A DNA stretch of 29,552 nucleotides from a virus (lineage: Duplodnaviria > Caudoviricetes), in IMG/VR virus record IMGVR_UViG_3300047564_002095, positions 1 through 29,552 of that record, one strand, 5' to 3'. How positions within the stretch are numbered: position 1 is the first letter of the stretch; each line of letters starts with the position of its first letter. The position numbers were made by a program, and so were the translations under genes. Under the pieces are notes generated by a model. The model was not told where the DNA came from. It made no database searches and worked only from the letters and a program-made list of their open reading frames with translations. Positions 1 to 8,533 of the stretch are shown here, piece by piece.

Positions 1-131
1 ACTTCGGTGACAAGACGATGCGAATCAAGAAGTCCAATCCCGCTCGCCGTAAGTCATTTAGAGCAAGACACAATTGCGATACCCCAGGCCCACGGACAAA
101 GGCTCGTTATTGGTCGTGTCGGAAGTGGTAA
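1..131 (+). CDS. 3' end of a conserved phage head-region hypothetical protein (5'-partial)
   Basis: Not in the ORF track. Frame 3 reads FGDKTMRIKKSNPARRKSFRARHNCDTPGPRTKARYWSCRKW to TAA at 129-131. I recognise this basic His/Cys/Trp motif from large-phage hypothetical proteins. The stop lies 1 nt before the next ATG (133). Confidence 0.75.
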   Translation, partial: FGDKTMRIKKSNPARRKSFRARHNCDTPGPRTKARYWSCRKW

Positions 132-132
132 T

Positions 133-342
133 ATGAAAGTCTCCAGAAAGATATCTGACGCTATATTAAAGAAAATGAAGTATACATTCAATCCAGAAGA
201 ATTTCATATGGGAATGAATGTAGAGATGGAACATCAAGATGTGACTAATGGAAATGTGGTCAAAACAGCAAAAATAGCTGCCGCCCACTTGACAGAGAAC
301 CCCAAATATTATACATTACTTAAGAAGTATGTGGAGAAATAA
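133..342 (+). CDS. small hypothetical protein, DUF5661-like
   Basis: Motif GMNVEMEH...AKIAAAHLTENPKYY. ATG 133 is preferred over GTG 7 because 7-131 overlaps the upstream gene. Confidence 0.7.
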   Translation: MKVSRKISDAILKKMKYTFNPEEFHMGMNVEMEHQDVTNGNVVKTAKIAAAHLTENPKYYTLLKKYVEK

Positions 343-343
343 A

Positions 344-682
344 ATGGCATTATTAAAAGATTTACTCAGTGAAGTTACCAGTCAAGTTCCACGTAGAGTC
401 CAATTAATGCGTGTGGAAGCTGTATTAGAAAACCTCGCACCACAACTTAAGGAAGCTGACCAAAAGAAACTTGCAGAAATTTATGTTGAATTAAAACAAT
501 TAGCAGAAGTGCTAAACGAAACACCATATACTATTTTTAATGCACAGCAATGGGGTTTACTGGAAATGGTATTGAAGGGTAAAGTAGCAGAATTCAAGTT
601 ACTCGCAGAAGATATCGCAGAAGATAATAAAGATGTCGATTGCTGGCCACTAGCAACAGCACTCGACACCATTCTCATTTAA
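344..682 (+). CDS. hypothetical helical protein, possible internal head protein
   Basis: GGAG at 333-336 precedes ATG 344. The N-terminus MALLKDLLSE ends in an L-x-E motif. The gene lies directly upstream of the portal. Confidence 0.7.
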   Translation: MALLKDLLSEVTSQVPRRVQLMRVEAVLENLAPQLKEADQKKLAEIYVELKQLAEVLNETPYTIFNAQQWGLLEMVLKGKVAEFKLLAEDIAEDNKDVDCWPLATALDTILI

Positions 683-692
683 GTGAGGGGTT

Positions 693-2585
693 ATGGCAGA
701 TACTAGTATATACGGTCGCCTACGGAAACTATTCTCAACGAATACAGTTGTCCGAAATGTAGGTGGAAAGAAGTTAAAAGTCGCTGATACCGACAATATC
801 CAGTCGTTTATTAATAGACGGGGTATTGACCGATATCATCGAGTTTATTCTTCTATGACAGGTGGATATGGTGCAGCGGGTGGTCGTTATGAATCCGCAG
901 CAGCATTCCAAGGGTCACGTTTACAATTGTTCCGTGATTATGATATGATGGATAATGACCCAATCATTTCATCAGTAATGGACATCTACGCTGACGAATC
1001 AACCGTAAAGGACGAATTCGGTCAAGTACTTAGTATCCGCTCAAAGAATCAACAAATCCAAGACATTCTCCATAACTTATTCTATGATGTATTGAACGTT
1101 GAGTTCAATCTCTGGCCTTGGGTCAGAAATATGGCTAAGTATGGGGATTTCTTTTTATTCCTTGATATTGATGAAAAGTACGGGGTTGTAAACGTCATTC
1201 CTCTTTCTGTGTACGAAACCATCCGCGTCGAAGGACAAGACCCAGGCAATCCATTCTCCGTTAAGTTCAAAGTAGAAAATGATTTCTTAGCATTGGGTAA
1301 GAAAGAATTAGATAATTACGAAGTCGCTCACTTTCGCCTCCTCTCAGACACCAACTTCCTACCATATGGTAAGAGTATGGTCGAGGGCGGTCGTCGTGTT
1401 TGGAAGCAATTACAACTGATGGAAGATGCAATGTTAATTCATCGTATTATGCGAGCACCAGACAAGCGTAAGGTATTGGTCGATATCGGTAATATCCCAG
1501 CGAATGAAATCGATACACATATGCAACGTATCATCGACCGTATGAAGAAAACACCACTTGTTGACCCAAAGACTGGTGATTACAATCTTCGTTACAATAT
1601 GATGAACATCACGGAAGATTTCTATCTTCCTGTTCGTGGAAAGGACTCTGGTACTGACATTCAAAATCTTCCAGGCCTTCAATTCAATGCTATCGAAGAC
1701 ATTGAATATCTTCGTAACAAGCTAATGGCAGCATTCAAGGTACCTAAATCATTCCTTGGATATGAAGAAGATAATAGTGGTAAAGCATCGTTGGCAGCAC
1801 AAGACGTTCGTTTCGCACGAACCATCGAACGTATTCAACGCATTATGGTGTCAGAACTTACCAAGATTGCAATCATTCACTTATACGTTCAAGGATTCAC
1901 CGACGAAGACTTAATTGACTTCGAACTTGAAATGACCTCACCATCGGTCATCTATGAACAAGAAAAGTTGAACTTGTGGAAGGAAAAGGTTGGATTAGCT
2001 AAAGATATTGCAGATAGTAAGTTCTTGTCACGTGACTGGATTTACCACAATATTCTCCAAATTGCAGAAGATGATGCACGCGCGGAACAAGAAAAAATAG
2101 TCAAGGACGTTGAATGGGTTGGTAAAGCAGACGCAGCACAACAACAAGCATCGCAACCACAACAACCAGCAGCTGGAGTACCAGAGTCACCATCACAAGG
2201 TGAAACACCCGCAGAACCAGAGGCTGAGGCTGAAGGTGAGCAACAATTAGATACCGTAGATGCGGTATTAGCATCTCTTGAAGATGTTCCAACTGAAGAA
2301 GAGGGTGGAGATGAAGCTGAATTAGAAGAAGCAAAGATGGGCCGCCCGAAGGTTGGTCAAAAGTACGGTCAAGATAGCCACCCACGTGGCCGTGATCCAC
2401 TCGGACATAAAGAAAATCTTGGAGCTTTACGGGTAGGACAACAACGTAAACCATCCAAAAAGTCACCATTATCTCTTGAAAATCACGAAGTTTCTAATCT
2501 TATTAAACAATTAAACGCCCATAAAGTTGCACCAGAAACCTCTAGTATCTTGAACGAAGAAAACATTTTAGACATAGAAAACTAA
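693..2585 (+). CDS. gp20: portal protein, T4 gp20-like
   Basis: Motifs YGKSMVEGGRRVWKQLQLMEDAMLIHRIMRAPDKR, VDIGNIP, EDFYLPVRG, IEDIEYLRNKLMAAFKVPKSFLGYE and DVRFARTIERIQ match the gp20 family. GAGGGG ribosome-binding site upstream. Confidence 0.95.
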   Translation: MADTSIYGRLRKLFSTNTVVRNVGGKKLKVADTDNIQSFINRRGIDRYHRVYSSMTGGYGAAGGRYESAAAFQGSRLQLFRDYDMMDNDPIISSVMDIYADESTVKDEFGQVLSIRSKNQQIQDILHNLFYDVLNVEFNLWPWVRNMAKYGDFFLFLDIDEKYGVVNVIPLSVYETIRVEGQDPGNPFSVKFKVENDFLALGKKELDNYEVAHFRLLSDTNFLPYGKSMVEGGRRVWKQLQLMEDAMLIHRIMRAPDKRKVLVDIGNIPANEIDTHMQRIIDRMKKTPLVDPKTGDYNLRYNMMNITEDFYLPVRGKDSGTDIQNLPGLQFNAIEDIEYLRNKLMAAFKVPKSFLGYEEDNSGKASLAAQDVRFARTIERIQRIMVSELTKIAIIHLYVQGFTDEDLIDFELEMTSPSVIYEQEKLNLWKEKVGLAKDIADSKFLSRDWIYHNILQIAEDDARAEQEKIVKDVEWVGKADAAQQQASQPQQPAAGVPESPSQGETPAEPEAEAEGEQQLDTVDAVLASLEDVPTEEEGGDEAELEEAKMGRPKVGQKYGQDSHPRGRDPLGHKENLGALRVGQQRKPSKKSPLSLENHEVSNLIKQLNAHKVAPETSSILNEENILDIEN

Positions 2586-2605
2586 CGAACTAGTAATTAT
2601 CATAC

Positions 2606-2631
2606 TATTTAATATATGATAAGGTATTTAT
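2606..2631 (+). promoter_or_regulatory. putative late-promoter motif
   Basis: TATTTAATA at 2606-2614 and TATTTAT at 2625-2631, in the gap after the portal gene. Confidence 0.5.
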
Positions 2632-2637
2632 TCACTT

Positions 2638-3525
2638 ATGGCGGATTCTTTTATGAAATCTAGTATTAAGCATAATAAGTTAAGAAACACGGGTATCCTT
2701 TTTGAATTATTAGCTCGTCAAATCACATCAGATGTGATGGAAAATAAAAAGGATGGTGTTGCTGTTAAGTTAATGCGTGAATTTTTCAATTCTAAAAAGG
2801 AATTGGGAAAGGAATTGATGTTATATCGCGCATTTTTTAACGTTCAAAATGTATCTGAACAAAAGGCATTCCAATTGCTAAAGCTAGTTACTGAACAACG
2901 TAAGAATCTCGACCAACACGCATTAGACACTCAAAAATACCTTTTAATCAAAGAAATTAAAAAGAACTTTGATTTAAAAGAATTCTTTGCAGCACGTATT
3001 CCTTCATACAAGATTTACGCATCTATCTATAAGAACTTTGATGCGGCAACTAATGGAATCAACGACACAACTACAATTGAAGAATTAGCTAACAGTCAAT
3101 TCACTATTGTAGAACATCTGTCTGGTAAGTCTGTAAACAAAGAAATTAAAGAGCATAATGAACTATCAAATATTATCCGTAGTCAAGATGATGACATTAG
3201 ATTCCTCGCATATAAGATTTTAATTGAACGTTTTAATGAAAAGTATAAGGGATTGGATGAAGCACAAAAGAAACTTCTCCAAGAATACATCTACAATATT
3301 TCAAATACTTCAAAATTAAAGACATATACCCAAGGTGAAAGCCGTAGATTGGCGAAAGAAATTACACAGTCATCTATTAAAGTAAAAGATAAGGTTACTC
3401 GTATTAAGCTAAGTGAAGTTGTCTCACAACTTCAAAAGGTACAAACCGCTACCGTTATCAAAGAAAATCATATGACAGCAATGTTAATTGCATATGAAAT
3501 TCTTAAGGAGCTTAAGGCATTATGA
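2638..3525 (+). CDS. conserved hypothetical head-module protein (start may be 2653)
   Basis: 295-aa Lys-rich helical ORF between portal and protease. N-terminal IKHNKLRNTGILFELL. ATGA overlap with the next gene. Confidence 0.8.
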   Translation: MADSFMKSSIKHNKLRNTGILFELLARQITSDVMENKKDGVAVKLMREFFNSKKELGKELMLYRAFFNVQNVSEQKAFQLLKLVTEQRKNLDQHALDTQKYLLIKEIKKNFDLKEFFAARIPSYKIYASIYKNFDAATNGINDTTTIEELANSQFTIVEHLSGKSVNKEIKEHNELSNIIRSQDDDIRFLAYKILIERFNEKYKGLDEAQKKLLQEYIYNISNTSKLKTYTQGESRRLAKEITQSSIKVKDKVTRIKLSEVVSQLQKVQTATVIKENHMTAMLIAYEILKELKAL

Positions 3526-4025
3526 GTAACGAAGAAAAGCTTAGAGCATTTATCCGTAAAGTTCTAGAACAAGAACTACAAGAAATCAGTACATCAGCTG
3601 GCGCTGGTGCCTATCTTACTCCGATGGCATTTCGTGGTAATGTTCAAAAGAATATTGCTAAGATGAAAAATGTAGCCACTCAATTAGGATATAAGTTGTC
3701 ACATCGTGGTGAAGAAGAAATGAAACGTCGCGCCGATACGATGGAACAATTACAAAAAGAAAATCTAGTTGAAGCTAAAATGAGATATCACGAATATAAA
3801 AAGGATGAAAGTGCAACATCTACTCAAAAAATTGCAAAGACCATTTCTGAAATCAATAAAAACTTAATGGAAATGGAACGTATGTTAAAGATGAACACTC
3901 GTTTACAAAAAGAAAGTGGTATTGCAAGTGAAGCACTATATCGTCGTACCCAACAAGGACTTTTAAAACTCGAAGCACGGTTACTTCACCTCGCCGGTAA
4001 AGTACGGGACATCAGAGGAAAGTAA
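3522..4025 (+). CDS. hypothetical head-module protein, C-terminal coiled coil
   Basis: AAGGAG upstream and ATGA coupling. Contains ELQE-ISTSAGAGAYLTPMAF and a heptad-like C-terminal half. Confidence 0.8.
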   Translation: MSNEEKLRAFIRKVLEQELQEISTSAGAGAYLTPMAFRGNVQKNIAKMKNVATQLGYKLSHRGEEEMKRRADTMEQLQKENLVEAKMRYHEYKKDESATSTQKIAKTISEINKNLMEMERMLKMNTRLQKESGIASEALYRRTQQGLLKLEARLLHLAGKVRDIRGK

Positions 4026-4026
4026 T

Positions 4027-4614
4027 ATGAAGAACTTATTAGTTGAATATAATGTAATTGAATATGGTAGAGAACTTCTTGCTGAAGCAGCGGATGTTAC
4101 CAAGCCATTAATGTTAAAGAATGTTCTTCTTCAACGGGCTGAAGCAAAGAATCAAAATGGGCGTATTTATCCTCGGGAAATTCTTTCGAGAGAAGCAGGA
4201 CTATACAAAGAAAATTTTGTTGTACAACGACGGGCACTTGGGGAACTCGACCATCCAGAAAGTCCAGTTGTTAACTTAAAGAATGTATGCTGTAACGTCA
4301 CCGACCTTTGGTTTGAAGGTCAAGACGTTCGTGGTAATATTGAAATCCTTTCGACCCCATCTGGTAATATCGTTCGTGAACTCATCAAGAACAATATCCG
4401 CCTCGGTGTTTCATCCCGTGGCATGGGGTCAGTTCGTCAAATGGGCGAAAGTACCGTAGAAGTCCAAGACGATTTCAGTCTCATCTGCTTCGATATCGTC
4501 AGTAACCCAAGTACTCACGGTGCATTCATCAATGAAAATACGAAGAGTACTATCGTCACGCCGTATTCACGTATTGATTCACTCGTATATGATTTCCTCA
4601 GTGAAGTAAAATGA
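4027..4614 (+). CDS. gp21: prohead core protease, T4 gp21-like
   Basis: Motifs QRAEAKNQNGRIYP, ALGELDHP, TPSGNIV, LGVSSRGMGS (catalytic Ser region) and FDIVSNPSTHGA. Confidence 0.95.
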   Translation: MKNLLVEYNVIEYGRELLAEAADVTKPLMLKNVLLQRAEAKNQNGRIYPREILSREAGLYKENFVVQRRALGELDHPESPVVNLKNVCCNVTDLWFEGQDVRGNIEILSTPSGNIVRELIKNNIRLGVSSRGMGSVRQMGESTVEVQDDFSLICFDIVSNPSTHGAFINENTKSTIVTPYSRIDSLVYDFLSEVK

Positions 4615-5174
4615 AACTAGCGAAGGAATTTGTTAAATTTACTGTAAAAGAATTAGAATTAAAGTCATTACCTAAGAGCATTAAGTTCGAAGGTGATGAT
4701 TATTCTGCGCAACATTTAACATTTGGAACGTACAATCCTTCTACGGATGAAGTCGTAGTGGTCAAGGGCGAACGACATCCAATTGACGTTCTTCGCACAT
4801 TAGCCCACGAATTAGTTCACCATAAGCAACGTGAAGATGGGAAAGAATTGAATGGCGAAGATGGGTCTGATATTGAAAATGAAGCAAATGCAAAAGCTGG
4901 CGAATTGATGAGAAAGTTCAGAACCGTTCGTCCAGAAATATTTAATGTTGGTCCTTGGGGATTCCATACCAATATGGAAAATAAAGTTCAATCTATTTTA
5001 AGTGTAGCAAAAACTGGTAAACCAGTAAAGATTGATGAAACTTACGTAGACCAATACACTGCCAAATTATTAATTACAGTAGCACACAATTTATCCCCAG
5101 ATAATAGAAAGAAGTTTTATAACGAATCTATAGGTGATATGGTCACCCTAGCATATAAATTAGTTACTCGGTAA
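4611..5174 (+). CDS. putative zinc metallopeptidase (HEXXH zincin-like)
   Basis: RTLAHELVHHKQ (HEXXH) followed ~20 aa later by IENEANAKAG, a candidate third ligand. ATGA overlap with the protease gene. Confidence 0.7.
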   Translation: MKLAKEFVKFTVKELELKSLPKSIKFEGDDYSAQHLTFGTYNPSTDEVVVVKGERHPIDVLRTLAHELVHHKQREDGKELNGEDGSDIENEANAKAGELMRKFRTVRPEIFNVGPWGFHTNMENKVQSILSVAKTGKPVKIDETYVDQYTAKLLITVAHNLSPDNRKKFYNESIGDMVTLAYKLVTR

Positions 5175-5186
5175 AACGGAGGTAGT

Positions 5187-5408
5187 ATGTACGTTGAAGT
5201 TAAAGGTGATAAACAATCAGATTTAGAACGCGCACTCCAACAATTCGTCAAACAAGTGAAGCGCGCTGAATTAATGGAAGATTTAAAGAAGAAGGAATTC
5301 TATCTTAAGAAATCCAAGAGACTCCAAAAGAAGAGTCAAGACGCTCTTCGTAGAAGAAAGCGTGAAGAAAGTAAGGCGCAAAAGAAAAACAACAATAATA
5401 CGTTTTAA
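5187..5408 (+). CDS. rpsU: phage-encoded 30S ribosomal protein bS21
   Basis: 73-aa basic protein. VEVK...LERALQQFVKQVKRAELMEDLKKKEFYLKKSKRLQKK...ALRRRK follows the bS21 pattern (E.ALRRFKR......l.e.r.refYeKPs..rk). GGAGGT at 5178-5183. Confidence 0.85.
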   Translation: MYVEVKGDKQSDLERALQQFVKQVKRAELMEDLKKKEFYLKKSKRLQKKSQDALRRRKREESKAQKKNNNNTF

Positions 5409-5443
5409 CTAAAAATTGATGTTTTACAAAAAACAACAATATA

Positions 5444-5490
5444 TATTTAATAGTACACCTCATTTGGGGTGTGATTTTGTTGTATTTATA
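5444..5490 (+). promoter_or_regulatory. putative late-promoter motifs upstream of scaffold/capsid
   Basis: TATTTAATA at 5444-5452 and TATTTATA at 5483-5490. Confidence 0.55.
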
Positions 5491-5541
5491 CGTCATAATG
5501 GCTCATAATAGTCATTTTAATTCTCATAGGAGAGAAAATTT

Positions 5542-6810
5542 ATGGCAGAGTTCGAATTTACGAACAAGCTTTTAAAGGAAGCAATTGCAGATGCAGAAGC
5601 AGTTCGTCAAACTGCTATTGAAAACGCAAAGCTTTCATTAGAAGAAACGTTCACACCCCAAATCAAGTCAATGTTATCCCGCCGTCTTCGTGCAGAAGCA
5701 GAAGGTATGGAACATGACGAAGAAGAAAAGGAAATGGAAAAGAAGGAAGCTCCAGAAGCAGAAAAGGCTCCAGAAATGGAAAAGAAGCATATGGAAACTG
5801 AACCTGTTAAGGAAATGGATGCACACGCAGCAGAACCAACTGGTAAGTCAGATATGCACCTCGCTTCATCAGAAATTGGTGCTTCAGATAATAAGGAACC
5901 ATCAGCAGCAGCATTTGATTCAGCAGAAGATGATATGAGTGGTGAAGATGCTGGTGAAGGTGAAACCGATTGGTACGAAGATTGGTCAGACGCTGACTTC
6001 GACCTTGACGAAGTAATCAAGGAATTAGAAGAAGACATGAAGAAGATGTCAGATGAAGAAGAGGAAGAAGAACTCGACGAAGTTATGCATGACGAAGAAG
6101 AAAAAGAAGAAATGCATGGTGACGAAGAAAAGGAAGAAGAAATGGCAGATGAAGCATATCCAGCAGAAGAACCAGAAGCTGGTGTTGAAAAGCCAGAAAT
6201 TCCAGCTAAGACATCACATATTGGAACAGAAGCTGCAGAAAAAGCAGCAGATGTAAATACTTTCGTAACCGAACCATCAGATGTAAATAAGATGGAAGGT
6301 GAAGAAATGGAAAAGGGTCACGAAGAAGAAGGCGAAGAAGAATTGGATTTAGAAGCAATTCTCAAGGAACTCGAAGCCGAAGATGAAATGGAAAAGAAAT
6401 CATCTGAAAAAATGGCTTCCCTTGAAAAAGAACTTGCAGAATATCGTCAGGCTGTAAAGCTCCTACGAGGCAAGCTACACGAAGTCAATCTTCTAAACGC
6501 AAAACTTCTCTATACCAACAAGCTCTTCCGTAAGGAAGGTTTGACCACCGAACAAAAGGTGTCAGTCGTAGAAAACTTCGACCGTGCATCAACCGTTCGT
6601 GAAGTCAAGATGGTATACGCAGTTTTGGTGGAAACATTAACTTCCGCAGCAAAAGCAGTAAAGGCACCAAAAGCACCAAGTAAGGTGGTCACCGAAGGGT
6701 TTGCAAGTAAGGCAACCCCAAGTACCGCTCCAAAGACTGACGCACCAGAAGTTATCGCAGAAAACTCTGTTGCTAAGCGTCTACAACAACTCGCAGGAAT
6801 CATTTCATAA
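5542..6810 (+). CDS. prohead core/scaffold protein, functional equivalent of T4 gp22
   Basis: Very Glu-rich. N-terminal LLKEAIADAEAVRQTAIENAK, C-terminal coiled coil EVNLLNAKLLYTNKLF, end RLQQLAGI. Directly upstream of the capsid gene. AGGAG ribosome-binding site. Confidence 0.85.
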   Translation: MAEFEFTNKLLKEAIADAEAVRQTAIENAKLSLEETFTPQIKSMLSRRLRAEAEGMEHDEEEKEMEKKEAPEAEKAPEMEKKHMETEPVKEMDAHAAEPTGKSDMHLASSEIGASDNKEPSAAAFDSAEDDMSGEDAGEGETDWYEDWSDADFDLDEVIKELEEDMKKMSDEEEEEELDEVMHDEEEKEEMHGDEEKEEEMADEAYPAEEPEAGVEKPEIPAKTSHIGTEAAEKAADVNTFVTEPSDVNKMEGEEMEKGHEEEGEEELDLEAILKELEAEDEMEKKSSEKMASLEKELAEYRQAVKLLRGKLHEVNLLNAKLLYTNKLFRKEGLTTEQKVSVVENFDRASTVREVKMVYAVLVETLTSAAKAVKAPKAPSKVVTEGFASKATPSTAPKTDAPEVIAENSVAKRLQQLAGIIS

Positions 6811-6827
6811 CTCACTAGGAGATAAGC

Positions 6828-8411
6828 ATGTCAGACGTAAATTCACTTATCAACGAAGCCGGATCAGCACACAAGGTAATCGTTGAACAATCCCGCCAAT
6901 TAGCAGGTAAGTGGGAAAAATCAGGTCTTCTTGAAGGCTTGAAGGGAACAGAAAAGCAAGGTATGGCAGTAATGCTTGAAAACCAAGCTTCACAACTTCT
7001 CTCAGAAAACTCATTCACCAACCAAGCAGGCACCGCAGGTGAACAATGGTCAGGTGTAGCACTTCCATTAGTCCGTAAGGTCTTCGGAAGTATCGCAAGT
7101 AAGAACTTCGTATCAGTCCAACCAATGAACCTTCCTTCAGGACTTGTGTTCTTCATGGACTTCAAGTACGGCAACACTGTAAACGGAAAGACCGCTGGTC
7201 AATCACTCTACGGTACCGCACTTTCAAACAACTACAGTTCATTCGGTAACCAAGACGTAGGCGGCTTATACGGCGCAGGCGCATTCGGCTACTCAATCAA
7301 CGATGCATCAGTAAACATCGTTCCAGTAGTTTCACAATCAGTAAGTTGGTCAGATGTCAACTTCAACACTCTTTACAACACCTCAAGTCTCAGTAAGTAC
7401 GTAGTACCAGCAGCAAGTGCTTCAGCTGCAGACTTCCTAGCAGTACGTACCTTCGTACCAAGTGGTTCAGGCGCAGACATGGCAGCACTCGTTCTCCCAG
7501 AATTCACCAAGTACGATGGCACCAACATCACCTTCATCATCAACACCACAGCAACCGGCACCAAGACTGTTGATAAGGTAACCTATGTCAAGCAACCAAC
7601 CGACACCACCCGTGGTGACTTTGAAGATCGTGATGGTTCAACTGACTTAGCAATCCCACAAATCGACTTAGAACTTAAGTCAGAAACAATCGTTGCTAAG
7701 ACACGTAAGTTAAAGGCAGTCTGGTCACCAGAACTTGCACAAGACTTGAACGCTTACCACAGTGTTGATGCAGAAGCTGAATTAACAGCAATGTTAAGTG
7801 ATTACATCTCAACCGAAATCGACCTCGAAATCCTTGATATGTTAATCGCAGCAGTACCAAGTCTTACCACCGAATACTGGTCAACCCAAATCGGTACTGT
7901 ATACAACTCAGTAACCGGCGCATTCGCAGCATCATCATACACTGGTACAGCATGGACCAACATGACCTGGTTCCAAACACTTGGTCAAAAGATGCAAAAG
8001 GTAAGTAACAAGATTCATCAACTCACCATGCGTGGTGGTGCAAACTTCGCAGTATGTTCACCAACCGTCGCAACAATCCTTGAAACCATCCCAGGCTTCA
8101 TGGCAAACACCGATGGTGACAAGATGGAATTTGCAGGTGGCGTAACCAAGGTTGGTTCATTCCAAAACCGTTACACTATCTACAAGAACCCATACATGAA
8201 GGAAAACGTGTTGTTAATGGGCTTCCGTGGAAGTAATTTCCTCGAAACTGGTGCAGTATACGCACCATACATCCCACTCATCATGACTCCGCTCGTGTAT
8301 GACCCAAATAACTTCACACCACGCCGTGGCGTGATGACCCGTTACGCTAAGAAGGTAGTACGTCCAGAATTCTTCGGTAAGGTTCTTATCGACGGATTAA
8401 ACTTACTCTAA
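6828..8411 (+). CDS. gp23: major capsid protein, T4 gp23-like
   Basis: Motifs VSVQPMNLPSGLVF, AKTRKLKAVWSPELAQDLNAYH, EIDLEIL, GAVYAPYIPL and FTPRRGVMTRYA. Strong bias toward TTC/AAC/ATC/TAC codons. AGGAG ribosome-binding site. Confidence 0.97.
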   Translation: MSDVNSLINEAGSAHKVIVEQSRQLAGKWEKSGLLEGLKGTEKQGMAVMLENQASQLLSENSFTNQAGTAGEQWSGVALPLVRKVFGSIASKNFVSVQPMNLPSGLVFFMDFKYGNTVNGKTAGQSLYGTALSNNYSSFGNQDVGGLYGAGAFGYSINDASVNIVPVVSQSVSWSDVNFNTLYNTSSLSKYVVPAASASAADFLAVRTFVPSGSGADMAALVLPEFTKYDGTNITFIINTTATGTKTVDKVTYVKQPTDTTRGDFEDRDGSTDLAIPQIDLELKSETIVAKTRKLKAVWSPELAQDLNAYHSVDAEAELTAMLSDYISTEIDLEILDMLIAAVPSLTTEYWSTQIGTVYNSVTGAFAASSYTGTAWTNMTWFQTLGQKMQKVSNKIHQLTMRGGANFAVCSPTVATILETIPGFMANTDGDKMEFAGGVTKVGSFQNRYTIYKNPYMKENVLLMGFRGSNFLETGAVYAPYIPLIMTPLVYDPNNFTPRRGVMTRYAKKVVRPEFFGKVLIDGLNLL

Positions 8412-8439
8412 TCTAGTAAGCTAACGGAGGGAATAAATT

Positions 8440-8467
8440 GGGTGGCCGAAAGGTCACCCTTTTTATT
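8440..8467 (+). terminator. Rho-independent terminator after the capsid gene
   Basis: GGGTGGCC-GAAA-GGTCACCC stem with a GNRA tetraloop (8440-8459), followed by TTTTTATT. Confidence 0.9.
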
Positions 8468-8501
8468 TGCCTTAAAATAAGAGTTAATGATTTAATAAAA
8501 C

Positions 8502-8508
8502 TATTTAT
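8502..8508 (+). promoter_or_regulatory. putative late-promoter motif upstream of the neck genes
   Basis: aaacTATTTATtg between the capsid terminator and ATG 8534. Confidence 0.55.
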
Positions 8509-8533
8509 TGTAAGTCCCTAATTAGAGATTATT

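Noticed and set aside
7-132. N-terminal extension of ORF 7..342 from GTG 7
   Set aside because: It overlaps a more convincing frame-3 coding end (stop 129-131). ATG 133 is the better start.
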